This document shows, in pieces, positions 17,815 to 26,474 of a stretch of 32,000 bases of DNA. This DNA comes from Thermodesulfobacterium commune DSM 2178. GTDB lineage: Bacteria > Desulfobacterota > Thermodesulfobacteria > Thermodesulfobacteriales > Thermodesulfobacteriaceae. Every line of letters starts with the position of its first letter. The first letter of the stretch is position 1. The position numbers and the translations under genes are program-made. The stretch covers positions 1,410,001 through 1,442,000 of the forward strand of contig NZ_CP008796.1 of NCBI RefSeq assembly GCF_000734015.1, given 5' to 3'. The notes below the pieces were generated by a model. The model was given only the letters and a program-made list of their open reading frames with translations. It did not search any database and was not told where the DNA came from.

Positions 17815-18859
17815 GGGAGTAGAATATAAATTGTGTCTTTTAATAAAATATTTTAGAGGCATAATAAAAATTTTTAATATTTTTTAAATTAATGATAACA
17901 TAAAACCTAAAAGACTAAACTAACCAGGAAGTCTGTAAAATGGGGAACTTAGACTTAGATTTAGAAAAAGTTTTAAGTGAAATCTCAAAAATTGAATCAA
18001 AAGAGGGTATCAAAATGGCTGCTGCACTCCTCTTAAACGCTCTCATGAAAAAAGAAAGAGAAATATTCCTTAGAGATAGTATTGATAATAAAGCTAATGG
18101 TTACTATGAAAGACAACTTGCCTGTTTCTTAGGTAATCTCGGTATCTCTGTCCCAAGAGATAGAAAATCTGAATTCAGACCTGCTATTCTTCCTCCTGAA
18201 TGGCAAAAAGCTGATGAATCCTTCCAGGACTTTATCCTTAACCTCGTTCTCCAAAGCTACTCCCCTAATAAAATCAAAGCCCTCTTGCAATCTATGAAAC
18301 TCCCCTACTCCCCAGAACAAATAGAAGAAATTAAAGAAGAATTGTATAACCAAGCCAAAGAATTAAAAACCAAAGAATTGCCAGAAAATTTGTTTGCTAT
18401 GTTTATAGACGCTTATCATACTCAGATAAAAGATACCGAAGCCAACAGAATCAGAAAAGCAGTTATTTATAATATCATCGGAATAGATATGGAGGGAAGA
18501 AAAAATTTACTTTCTTATTACATTTATTTTGGTTCAGAGACGAAGGAGGACTGGCTTCAGATACTTAATGATTTGATAAAGAGGGGAGTTAAGAGGGTTA
18601 TGGTAATAGGGAGTGATGATTTTCCTGGCCTTACTCAAGCCATAAAAGCCCTTTTTTTTTCCTGAGACAGATCATCAGCTTTGTTTTGTACACATGCAAA
18701 GGAACATCAACAGGAACATGTCTAAGCAGGATGCTAAAAAATTTTATAAGGAGTTAAGCATTAAAAACCCCTTCCTTTAATTAAGTCTGCTTTATACGAA
18801 TTGAGGCAAATGTTTGTGAAGAGATTTTATAAGGAGACACAATTCTCTTGACAAGTGTC
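17815..18859 (+). mobile_element. decayed tandem copy of the same IS256-family element (1045 bp, both ends retained)
   Basis: Same left end (GGGAGTAGAATATAAATTG) and right end (…TTGACAAGTGTC). Near-identical over the first 0.8 kb. No matching flanking direct repeat. Confidence 0.8.
17940..18851 (+). pseudogene. IS256-family transposase pseudogene
   Basis: The T5 tract of copy 1 (17240-17244) is T9 here (18652-18660), giving a frameshift. About 297 bp are deleted at about 18762 (copy 1 positions about 17347-17643), removing the YTTNVVEN…E region. The SD is weakened (GGAGG to GGAAG). Confidence 0.85.
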
Positions 18860-19036
18860 CATCATGCCTATTGCCTTCCTTAAATTCATGATAAACTATC
18901 AAAGGCACCTCTTTAAAGGCTGTAATTATGGGTCTATATCCACGAAATCCCTTGTAAGTCATCTTGGGATGTCTGTTTTTCTGCTTGTATGTTGCCAGGT
19001 GCTGTAACCTCTATTTGAACCAGGTAAAGGCAAATG
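18860..19036 (-). pseudogene. IS1380-like transposase internal fragment, truncated by the IS256-like copy
   Basis: The minus strand reads …LPLPGSNRGYSTWQ… and then, after a frameshift, KMTYKGFRGYRPIITAFKEVPLIVYHEFKEGNRHD (GY.P…G…R.GN motif of IS1380-type DDE transposases). The fragment ends abruptly at the IS256-like right end. Confidence 0.5.
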
Positions 19037-19553
19037 ATATTTTGGTTGAAATAAAAACAAACACATAGATGAAGAAGTAGTGATAAGATTTTAATGATTT
19101 TATATATCTGGTAATAACTTCTGGTTTAATGTAAAAATATACAAAAATACGAGAAATAATTAAATATGAGTATTTCTCTTGAACTTTGATTTTTACTTAA
19201 ACTTAAAAAATTTTAAAAATAAAAAATAAGAAAAATTTTAAAATTTAAAAAATTTAGTCAAAAAAGAGAAAAAAATTTGCATTTTATAAAAATGTTGACA
19301 GGAAAATTATTTTTTCTGAAAATTTCTATTAATAAAGAGGAATTTTCTATGTCCTTAAAGGATAAGTTTTATTATGGTAATAAGAATTAAACATTGCAGG
19401 AGGGGGGTACAGGTAGAAAATGGTATAGATTTTATATGAGAGTTGGGGAAGAACTATAGAAAGTAACTAAGGAATATGATTTTTAAGTTTAAAGATTACG
19501 GAAAGATTTTTGATTTTATTCTCTATCGGCAAATTTGGGGTTGACCCTGAGCC

Positions 19554-19583
19554 TTGACGGACTTATTTATCTTATGTTATAAT
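19554..19583 (+). promoter_or_regulatory. sigma70-like promoter for the transglycosylase gene
   Basis: TTGACG (19554-19559), 18-nt spacer ending in TGT, TATAAT (19578-19583). The ATG at 19593 is only 9 nt downstream and has no SD, so the transcript may be leaderless or have a very short leader. Confidence 0.5.
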
Positions 19584-19592
19584 TTAACAATT

Positions 19593-20258
19593 ATGAGAAA
19601 AAGAGAAATTTTATTACTTTCAGCAATTAACTCCAAATTTTTTCTTTTAAAATTACTGATTTTCTTTCATTTTCTTTTTTCTTATGCTCAGGCACACATC
19701 TATAGGTGTGAAAATCCTGAGACAGGTGAGGTCCGTTATACTAATCAGGAGAAGTTAGATGCTTATTATTGTCAACTTTATATAAGAGAAAAACCTAAAA
19801 ACTTAAACTCTAAATCCTCAGGTCCTAAGTTCCCTTATTCTCCAAATTATACTAAACTACCGGTAGAATACGAGACCTGGTTTGAAAAGGTAGCTCAGGC
19901 ATTTTCTCTTGACCCTGCACTTCTCAAAGCAATTGCCAAGGTTGAATCTTCTTTTAACCCAAGGGCTGTTTCTCCCAAAGGGGCTATGGGTATCATGCAA
20001 CTTATGCCTCAAACCGCAAGGCTTGTAGGGGTTGAAGACCCTTATCATCCCTTAGAAAACCTTAAAGGTGGGGCTAAATACCTAAGGATGCTTATAGATG
20101 AGTTTCAGGATCTAAGTTTAGCCCTTGCAGCTTATAACGCAGGCCCAGAAAAGGTAAAACTCTATCGAGGAATACCTCCTTATCCAGAAACCCAAAGTTA
20201 TGTAAAAAACGTATTATACTACTATTCTATTTTTAAAAACAAAACGTTAAATAATTAA
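19593..20258 (+). CDS. lytic transglycosylase (SLT domain) with signal peptide and a DUF4124-like N-domain
   Basis: AIAKVESSFNPRAVSPKGAMGIMQLMPQTA…AAYNAGP. N-terminal IYRCENPETGEVRYTN. The TTG start at 19554 in the ORF track coincides with the -35 box and is rejected. Confidence 0.8.
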   Translation: MRKREILLLSAINSKFFLLKLLIFFHFLFSYAQAHIYRCENPETGEVRYTNQEKLDAYYCQLYIREKPKNLNSKSSGPKFPYSPNYTKLPVEYETWFEKVAQAFSLDPALLKAIAKVESSFNPRAVSPKGAMGIMQLMPQTARLVGVEDPYHPLENLKGGAKYLRMLIDEFQDLSLALAAYNAGPEKVKLYRGIPPYPETQSYVKNVLYYYSIFKNKTLNN

Positions 20259-20281
20259 AAGTTTAATTTTTGGAGGGTTTT

Positions 20282-21976
20282 ATGCATCCTATCTTAAAAG
20301 GTGAGAACTGTAAAAAATTTCTGTTAGGAAATGAAGCGATCGTTCGGGGGGCGATAGAGAGTCGTGTCCAGGTCGGAGCTGCCTATCCTGGGACTCCTTC
20401 GTCTGAGATAGGAAACAACCTTTTTCAGATGCAAAAGGATTTGGCCGGTCTCTATTTTGAATTTGCTGTAAACGAGAAGGTGGCTATGGAAATCGTTGGG
20501 GCTGCCTCTGCCTGCGGACTACGATCTATCACTTGTATGAAACATGTAGGGTTAAACGTGGCAAGCGATGCCTTTATGTCTCTTGCCTATGTAGGGGTGG
20601 AAGGGGGCTTGGTGGTGGTTACCGCAGATGACCCTTCTTGTCATTCAAGCCAGAACGAACAAGATAACCGTTATTATGCAAGGCTTGCTCAGGTGCCTAT
20701 GTTTGAGGCCTTTGATCCTCATACTGCTTATGTCCTTACCAAAGAGGCTTTTTCCCTTTCAGAAAAGTTTAAACTACCTGTGCTTTTGAGAACTACTACC
20801 AGGGTATCTCATGCCAGAGGTGTGGTAGAGGTAGGAGCTATCCCTTTTGATTTTTATACAACCTTTAAAAAAGGATTCTTTAAAAAAGACCCCTTTAGGT
20901 TTGTACCTGTCCCTGCTGTTGCCAGAAAACAACATAAACTCCTTTTAGAAAAATTAGAAGAACTTCAAAACTTAGCCAGCTCGTTTAATTTTAACCAGTT
21001 TATACCCAAAGGGAAATTAGGGATCTGTGCCTCTGGGGTTGCGGTAAATTACGTAATAGATGCCCTCGAAGATTTGGGTCTACAGGATGAGGTTTCTTTA
21101 CTTATCCTTACGTTTACCCATCCTTTCCCAGAAAAGTTAGCTTTAGAATTCCTTTCTCATGTAGAAACCTGTGTGGTGGTAGAAGAGCTTGAGCCCTATT
21201 TAGAAGAAAACTTGAGAGCTCTTGCTTATACTCATGGTCTTAAAACCAAGATTTTAGGTAAAAAAGAAAAGCTTTTACCCAGGTATTTTGAGTTTACCCC
21301 TACCCAAGTAAAGGAGGCTTTAGCTAATGCCTTCAACCTAAAAAGGTTTACCGTTGAAGTTCCTCCTTTCGATTTTTCGGACAAACTTCCGGCAAGACCT
21401 CCGGTTCTTTGCCAGGGATGTCCTCACAGAGAAACTTATAAACTCATAAAAGAAGTTTTACAAGAGATGGGAATAGAGGAACGGACTATTTATCCTACAG
21501 ACATAGGGTGTTATACCTTAGGGATTCAACCCCCATTAAACATGGCAGACTATTTGCTTTGCATGGGTTCGAGTGTGGGAACTCCTTGTGGTTTTGACGT
21601 AGCTACAGACCAAAGGGTGGTGGCTTTTATCGGAGATTCAACTTTCTTTCATGCAGGGCTTTCTCCTCTGGTCAACGCTAAGTTTAACAAACATAAATTT
21701 ACGCTGGTGGTGCTTGATAACGACACCACCGCTATGACAGGACATCAACCTGTGCCTTCTCAAACGATAAAATCACCTATCATCCAGGACCATCCAACCA
21801 TACCTATACAAAAAATAGTTGAGGCCCTTGATATCCCTTGTGTGGTAATAAACCCTTATAAAAAAGAAGAGGCTAAAGAACTTGTTCAGCCTTTACTTGA
21901 AAAACAGGAGCTTTCGGTAATCATCGCTAAAGCTCCTTGTATCTTATATAAAACTAAATCTCAAAAAGGGAGTTAG
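20282..21976 (+). CDS. iorA: indolepyruvate:ferredoxin oxidoreductase alpha subunit
   Basis: LLGNEAIVRGAIESRVQVGAAYPGTPSSEI…, PPVLCQGCPHRETY, TPP-binding GDSTFFH…LDN. The ATG at 20282 follows GGAGGG, and the track start at 20270 is a TTG. Confidence 0.8.
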   Translation: MHPILKGENCKKFLLGNEAIVRGAIESRVQVGAAYPGTPSSEIGNNLFQMQKDLAGLYFEFAVNEKVAMEIVGAASACGLRSITCMKHVGLNVASDAFMSLAYVGVEGGLVVVTADDPSCHSSQNEQDNRYYARLAQVPMFEAFDPHTAYVLTKEAFSLSEKFKLPVLLRTTTRVSHARGVVEVGAIPFDFYTTFKKGFFKKDPFRFVPVPAVARKQHKLLLEKLEELQNLASSFNFNQFIPKGKLGICASGVAVNYVIDALEDLGLQDEVSLLILTFTHPFPEKLALEFLSHVETCVVVEELEPYLEENLRALAYTHGLKTKILGKKEKLLPRYFEFTPTQVKEALANAFNLKRFTVEVPPFDFSDKLPARPPVLCQGCPHRETYKLIKEVLQEMGIEERTIYPTDIGCYTLGIQPPLNMADYLLCMGSSVGTPCGFDVATDQRVVAFIGDSTFFHAGLSPLVNAKFNKHKFTLVVLDNDTTAMTGHQPVPSQTIKSPIIQDHPTIPIQKIVEALDIPCVVINPYKKEEAKELVQPLLEKQELSVIIAKAPCILYKTKSQKGS

Positions 21977-21979
21977 ACC

Positions 21980-22573
21980 ATGAAAAAGATAAAAGGGTTA
22001 GTGGTAGGTGTAGGAGGACAGGGTATCATCCTTTTTACCAGAGTGTTAGGAGAGGCCTGCCTTAAGGCTGACATTCCTGTTATCGTTTCTGAAGTCCATG
22101 GGATGGCACAGAGAGGAGGTGTGGTAGAAAGCTCTATTTGCCTTTTTGGCAAAAGTCCTTACACCTCAGAAGGAGAAGCAGATTTTATAGTAGCCTTTGA
22201 ACCTGCTGAAGCCTTAAGGTTTGTTAAAAGGGCTAAAAAAGAAACAAAGTTTGTGATAAGTAAAGACCCCATATTACCCTTTGCTGTAAAAGAGGGATTG
22301 GCTACCTATCCTGATCTGAACTCCTTTTTTGAAGAAATGACTTCTTACTTCAGTCAAGTCTTTTTGGTGCCTGGAGAAGAGTTAGCCAAGGAAGCAGGCT
22401 CTGTCAAAGCGCTAAATATGGTAATGTTAGGTGCAGCAACTGCTCTTGAGATATTTCCTTTAAACAGAGAGGCTCTTGTTGAGGCTATGCTTGAACTTTT
22501 ACCTGAAAAACTTCATCAGGTAAACTTAAAGGCCTTTGATTTAGGGTTTAACTACATTAAGTCTATCCTTTAG
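21980..22573 (+). CDS. iorB: indolepyruvate:ferredoxin oxidoreductase beta subunit (2-oxoacid:Fd oxidoreductase gamma-type)
   Basis: VGVGGQGIILFTRVLGEA…SEVHGMAQRGG…. Lies 3 nt after iorA. Confidence 0.8.
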   Translation: MKKIKGLVVGVGGQGIILFTRVLGEACLKADIPVIVSEVHGMAQRGGVVESSICLFGKSPYTSEGEADFIVAFEPAEALRFVKRAKKETKFVISKDPILPFAVKEGLATYPDLNSFFEEMTSYFSQVFLVPGEELAKEAGSVKALNMVMLGAATALEIFPLNREALVEAMLELLPEKLHQVNLKAFDLGFNYIKSIL

Positions 22574-23353
22574 CCATTGATAGAGGACTATACCTGCTGC
22601 TACTGCTACGTTTAGAGATTCTACTTTGCCTACGATAGGGATGGTTAGCCTGTATTTTGAGGCTGCCATCCCCTCTTTAGAAAGACCTTTGGCCTCGTTT
22701 CCAAACAAAAGGGCTGTTTTAGGAGGAAAAGAAAAGGAAAAAAGGTCCTCACCTCCCTTAACCACCGTAGCTGTTAGTCTAAAACCTCTTCTTTTAAGGT
22801 TCTCAGCAAGTTCTATAAATCTTTCAACCTTTATCAGAGGAACATTTAGGACAGCTCCAGCACTTGCCCTAACTGCCTTTGGAGAAAAAGGGTCTGCCGT
22901 ACCCCTGGTATAAAACACACAAGCCACCCCAACCGCTGCTGCCGTCCTTATTATTGCCCCTACATTAGAAGGATCCTGAATTTCTTCAAGCACTACCACA
23001 CAACAAGGGGTACTCTCTAACCTCTCTGGTAAGTCCTCAAAAATAGGAAATTTAACGACCGCTAAAACTCCTTGAGGGGTCTCTGAGGCAACCAACTCTT
23101 TAAAAAGAGTTTCTTCTAAGACCAAGATCGGAATTTTTGCCTCTTCTGCCTTTTTGAGCAAAGGCTCAAGTTTGGTAAGACTTCTCTTTTCTAGAACCAC
23201 CCAGAGTACTTTGTCTCTTTCCTGGTCTAAAAGTTCTCTAACAAAAGAAACTCCTTCTACAAGAAAGGCCTGATGTTCTTTCCTGCCTTTGGGTTCTTTA
23301 AGAGCCTTAAGAAATTTAAAGGTTGGGTTGGACCTTGAAGAGATAATTTTCAT
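22541..23353 (-). CDS. TrmH/SpoU-family RNA 2'-O-methyltransferase
   Basis: FLVEGVSFVRELL, VLEEIQDPSNVGAIIRTA, LLFGNEAKGLS and IPIVGKVESLNVAVAAGIVLY. Confidence 0.8.
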   Translation of the reverse strand: MKIISSRSNPTFKFLKALKEPKGRKEHQAFLVEGVSFVRELLDQERDKVLWVVLEKRSLTKLEPLLKKAEEAKIPILVLEETLFKELVASETPQGVLAVVKFPIFEDLPERLESTPCCVVVLEEIQDPSNVGAIIRTAAAVGVACVFYTRGTADPFSPKAVRASAGAVLNVPLIKVERFIELAENLKRRGFRLTATVVKGGEDLFSFSFPPKTALLFGNEAKGLSKEGMAASKYRLTIPIVGKVESLNVAVAAGIVLYQWLKDRLNVVKP

Positions 23354-23358
23354 AGGTT

Positions 23359-24165
23359 TTAAGAACCTCTTTTGGTTCTTTCGATACAGGCATAGGCGTT
23401 GTGGGCATGGATGGACTCAAAGTTTTCTACCTCTACGAAAAACCATTTCACCTCAGGATGTTCCCAGAGCCGTTTGGCTACTCCTCTGACTACATCCTCT
23501 ACAAAACGCGGGTTTTCATAGGCAAACTCAGTAACAAACTTTTCGTCTGGTCTTTTCAAAAGGGAATAAACCGGGCTTGAGGCAGAGGCTTCTGCAATCT
23601 CTATCAACTCTTCCAGCCAGATAAACTCCTTAAACCGTACCTTAACGGTAATCAGGCTTCTTTGATTATGGGCTGAAAACTGGCTGATAGATTTAGAACA
23701 AGGGCAAAGGGTCATCACCGGTACCTTGGCCCCAATCACCAGGTCCTTTTTACCCTCAGAATAGGAAGCCAACAAAATTCCCTGGTATTCCATCAGAGAA
23801 GAAATCTGGGTAACAGGTGCCTTTTTTTGCAGAAAATAAGGAAAAAACATCTCTAAGTGTGCACTTTTGGCTGAAAGTCTTTGAGCAAGTTTTTTTAAAA
23901 GTTTGATTACGTTTTTTACGTGAATCTCCCCTTTAAACTCGTTTATCACCTCTATAAACCGGCTCATATGAGTACCTTTGAACTTAGAAGGGAGGTCTAC
24001 ATAAAGGTTTAGCTCTGCTACCGTATGTTGCAATCCCTTTTCTCTGTCAAGTACTGTTACTGGATGTTTAAATCCCTTGATACCTACTTTATCTATGTCT
24101 ATTTTCTCTTCAGGTGGCAGACTTTGAACGTCAATCAATTCTGGTTTCATCAGAGTTCTAACCAA
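23359..24165 (-). CDS. folE2: GTP cyclohydrolase IB (FolE2/MptA family)
   Basis: DVQS…IDKVGIKGFKHPV…LPSKFKGTHMSRF…TLCPCSK…AHNQRS…E.FESIH.H.A. Confidence 0.85.
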   Translation of the reverse strand: MVRTLMKPELIDVQSLPPEEKIDIDKVGIKGFKHPVTVLDREKGLQHTVAELNLYVDLPSKFKGTHMSRFIEVINEFKGEIHVKNVIKLLKKLAQRLSAKSAHLEMFFPYFLQKKAPVTQISSLMEYQGILLASYSEGKKDLVIGAKVPVMTLCPCSKSISQFSAHNQRSLITVKVRFKEFIWLEELIEIAEASASSPVYSLLKRPDEKFVTEFAYENPRFVEDVVRGVAKRLWEHPEVKWFFVEVENFESIHAHNAYACIERTKRGS

Positions 24166-25046
24166 AACTCCGAAAAGATGGTTTTACCAAGAAGCACCTG
24201 GGTAGTTTTATAAATTTCCACTTCCTTGGGGGTTAAATCCTTAGGGTCTATTTCTTCTCCATCCATAATCCTTCCTACCAGGTTTACCCAATCTGGATGT
24301 AAGCCTTTAGCTATCTCTACCAGCTCTCTATCATAGACATTAAGGATGGCTGCATAAAGATCATACTTCATAAGCATCATAAGAAGCACTCGGTTAAGAT
24401 AAGGTCTTAGTTTCGGGTTAATTCCGTTAGAAACGTTAGAAAGTCCTACGATGCTTTTGGCACCTGGAGCAAGGTCTTGAAGCATCGAAAGAAAATTTAA
24501 AGCCTCAACTATTTGCTCTGCCCCTAAGGTAATAGGTGTGATAATTGGGTCTACCCAGATTTTTTCATTAGGGATCCCTGCCTCGTTGAGTTTCATGATA
24601 AGGTCTACGGCTAAAGAGGCTCTTTCGTTTGCATCTCTTGGTAATCCTTCGTCTCCCCATAAAAGAGCTACAACCTCACATCCAGCCTCTGCCGCAAGAG
24701 GAATAAGTTTTTCCATCCTTTCTTTTTGGGCAGAAATAGAATTCATCAAAAACCTCTGTGGGTTTTTCGAAACCTTAAGTCCTGCAGCCATAGCTTCTTC
24801 ATTAGTAGTATCTAAGGATACAGGAATGTCCACCTCAGACTCAACCAAGCTTACTATCCAAACCGCAAGGTCCTTCCCATCCTTTTTAGCTGGTCCTATG
24901 TTAAGGTCTAAATAGTCAGCTCCTAACTCCTTTTGCTCTCTTGCCATCCTTTTTATTGGTTCTGGGTCTCTTGCCTTTATAGCCGGGCCTATGGTTTTAG
25001 ACATCACATTTATGCTTTCACCTACACAAACTACTTTTTCCTTCAT
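24150..25046 (-). CDS. acsE: methyl-THF:corrinoid Fe-S protein methyltransferase
   Basis: Co-linear with Moorella AcsE as recalled: VGESINVMSKTIGPAIKARDP…LDLNIGPA…SLDTTN…MNSIS…VDPIITP…VGLSNVS. Confidence 0.85.
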   Translation of the reverse strand: MKEKVVCVGESINVMSKTIGPAIKARDPEPIKRMAREQKELGADYLDLNIGPAKKDGKDLAVWIVSLVESEVDIPVSLDTTNEEAMAAGLKVSKNPQRFLMNSISAQKERMEKLIPLAAEAGCEVVALLWGDEGLPRDANERASLAVDLIMKLNEAGIPNEKIWVDPIITPITLGAEQIVEALNFLSMLQDLAPGAKSIVGLSNVSNGINPKLRPYLNRVLLMMLMKYDLYAAILNVYDRELVEIAKGLHPDWVNLVGRIMDGEEIDPKDLTPKEVEIYKTTQVLLGKTIFSEFWLEL

Positions 25047-25077
25047 CTTTCCTCCTCAGCGATTAACCTAAAAATTT

Positions 25078-26436
25078 TTAAGGCTTTAATCTTTTAGCCA
25101 ATTCTCTTAGGGCTACAGGAAGCCCGTTTGCTTCTCTTGGCCCTATCACTACCTCCCAACCTCCAAGCTCCTCCTCAAGCTCTCCCTTGATGATAGCCAC
25201 ATAACCTGGTATCATCAATGTTCTGTGTTTTATCTTTTCAGCAATACCTGTTTTTTTAACAAACTCTGCGATGTTATCGGCGTTAAACTTACCTGCAGCC
25301 CAGGCAGTAAGAACTGAGAGCCCATCTGTATCCTTTATCAAAAGCCAGCAAGGAACTCTACTTCCTTCTATTTCCCCAGATACGATAAAATATGTCAAGG
25401 CAAAGTTGCAAGTCACCACTACTGGAGAATATTCGTCTGGCCCGTTTATAGGATAAATCCCTTCGTCTACCACCAAAGGTTTTTGTGGGTCTGAATAAAG
25501 GTTAAACCTTTCCAATAACAAGGGGAACAAAAGCTCTGGCTTCAGGTCTGAAAGCAAAATAATACTTGCATATTTTGCTACATAGATGCTGGCTAAAAGA
25601 TACTCTTCAACCAGGTCTTCTGTATATCTATCCATAAAGGTTATCACTGGAAAACCAAAGGGCTTAAACCGTTTTTTCACAGCTGCTCGTCTTATGATCA
25701 CTAAATCTTCAAAAAGCTCCTTTGGATGAAGGGCTCCGCTATCTAACACCAGATCTTTCAATCCTTGAGTAATCAAACCTTCAACCAACCGCGCCAACTC
25801 CCCTAAAGTCACCGCAGAAACTACTAAAGGCACCTTTTTTTCTGTAGCCAAACTGACAAAAGAAGATAGATCCTCTGCTTGTCCTGGATAAACAAGTGGA
25901 ACTGAAGGGGTACACACCTCTATAGCGTTTTTAATTAAAGACAAATCTGAAGAGGCTAAAACTATCGCTACCTCAGGTAAGACTTCCCTTACTTTTTTTA
26001 CCAAACTAATAAACCTCTCCTTATCTCCTTCATCTTTGATGCAAACTATTTCAGGTTTTAGAACATTGCCTACCCGTTCCCACTTTAAGGTTTGATAGGC
26101 TTTAATTCTTCTTAAAACCTCTTCGTCTTCCATCGAGGTTTTTAGATAGGTTCCGATAAGTGGAGGGTTTTCAAACTTTTTTTCATGTCTAAAAAGGACG
26201 GTTTCTCCTCCTAACTTATAAGAAGCCTCTGGAGTTCCTATCACTACCGTTCTTATAGGTGGAGCGGTAGCCTCAGATATCTCTTCCTTAACCTTAGGGT
26301 CTACGTAAGGACACTTATCTATCTCTACCTGTCCTGCAGCTACCTTCATCGCAAAGGCAAGACAGGTAGGGAAACCACATTCTTTACAGTTTTTCTTAGG
26401 AAGAAGTTTCATGATTTGAATACCGGTGAGTGCCAT
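25078..26436 (-). CDS. acsC: corrinoid Fe-S protein large subunit
   Basis: N-terminal MALTGIQIMKLLPKKNCKECGFPTCLAFAMKVA (4Fe-4S site). Length is about 450 aa. C-terminal corrinoid-binding Rossmann-like domain. Confidence 0.9.
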   Translation of the reverse strand: MALTGIQIMKLLPKKNCKECGFPTCLAFAMKVAAGQVEIDKCPYVDPKVKEEISEATAPPIRTVVIGTPEASYKLGGETVLFRHEKKFENPPLIGTYLKTSMEDEEVLRRIKAYQTLKWERVGNVLKPEIVCIKDEGDKERFISLVKKVREVLPEVAIVLASSDLSLIKNAIEVCTPSVPLVYPGQAEDLSSFVSLATEKKVPLVVSAVTLGELARLVEGLITQGLKDLVLDSGALHPKELFEDLVIIRRAAVKKRFKPFGFPVITFMDRYTEDLVEEYLLASIYVAKYASIILLSDLKPELLFPLLLERFNLYSDPQKPLVVDEGIYPINGPDEYSPVVVTCNFALTYFIVSGEIEGSRVPCWLLIKDTDGLSVLTAWAAGKFNADNIAEFVKKTGIAEKIKHRTLMIPGYVAIIKGELEEELGGWEVVIGPREANGLPVALRELAKRLKP

Positions 26437-26474
26437 CTAAACTACCCCTTTAAAGGTTGCTTATCTCTTTGTCA

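Noticed and set aside
1135-19036. Composite transposon or island bounded by the two IS1380-like remnants
   Set aside because: The interval contains core single-copy functions (metE, rpe, ffs, selC, copA), and the remnants are diverged, truncated fragments.
19388-19410. ATTGCAGGAGGG 12-mer identical to the metE ribosome-binding region (1874-1885), suggesting an orphan strong RBS
   Set aside because: The nearest in-frame ATG gives only M-V-stop, so this is probably chance or a relic rather than a gene start.
19554-19592. TTG start of the transglycosylase ORF, and similarly TTG 20270 for iorA and ATG 1886 for metE
   Set aside because: The TTG at 19554 is itself the -35 hexamer. For iorA and metE a downstream ATG has a properly spaced GGAGG, while the track starts do not.
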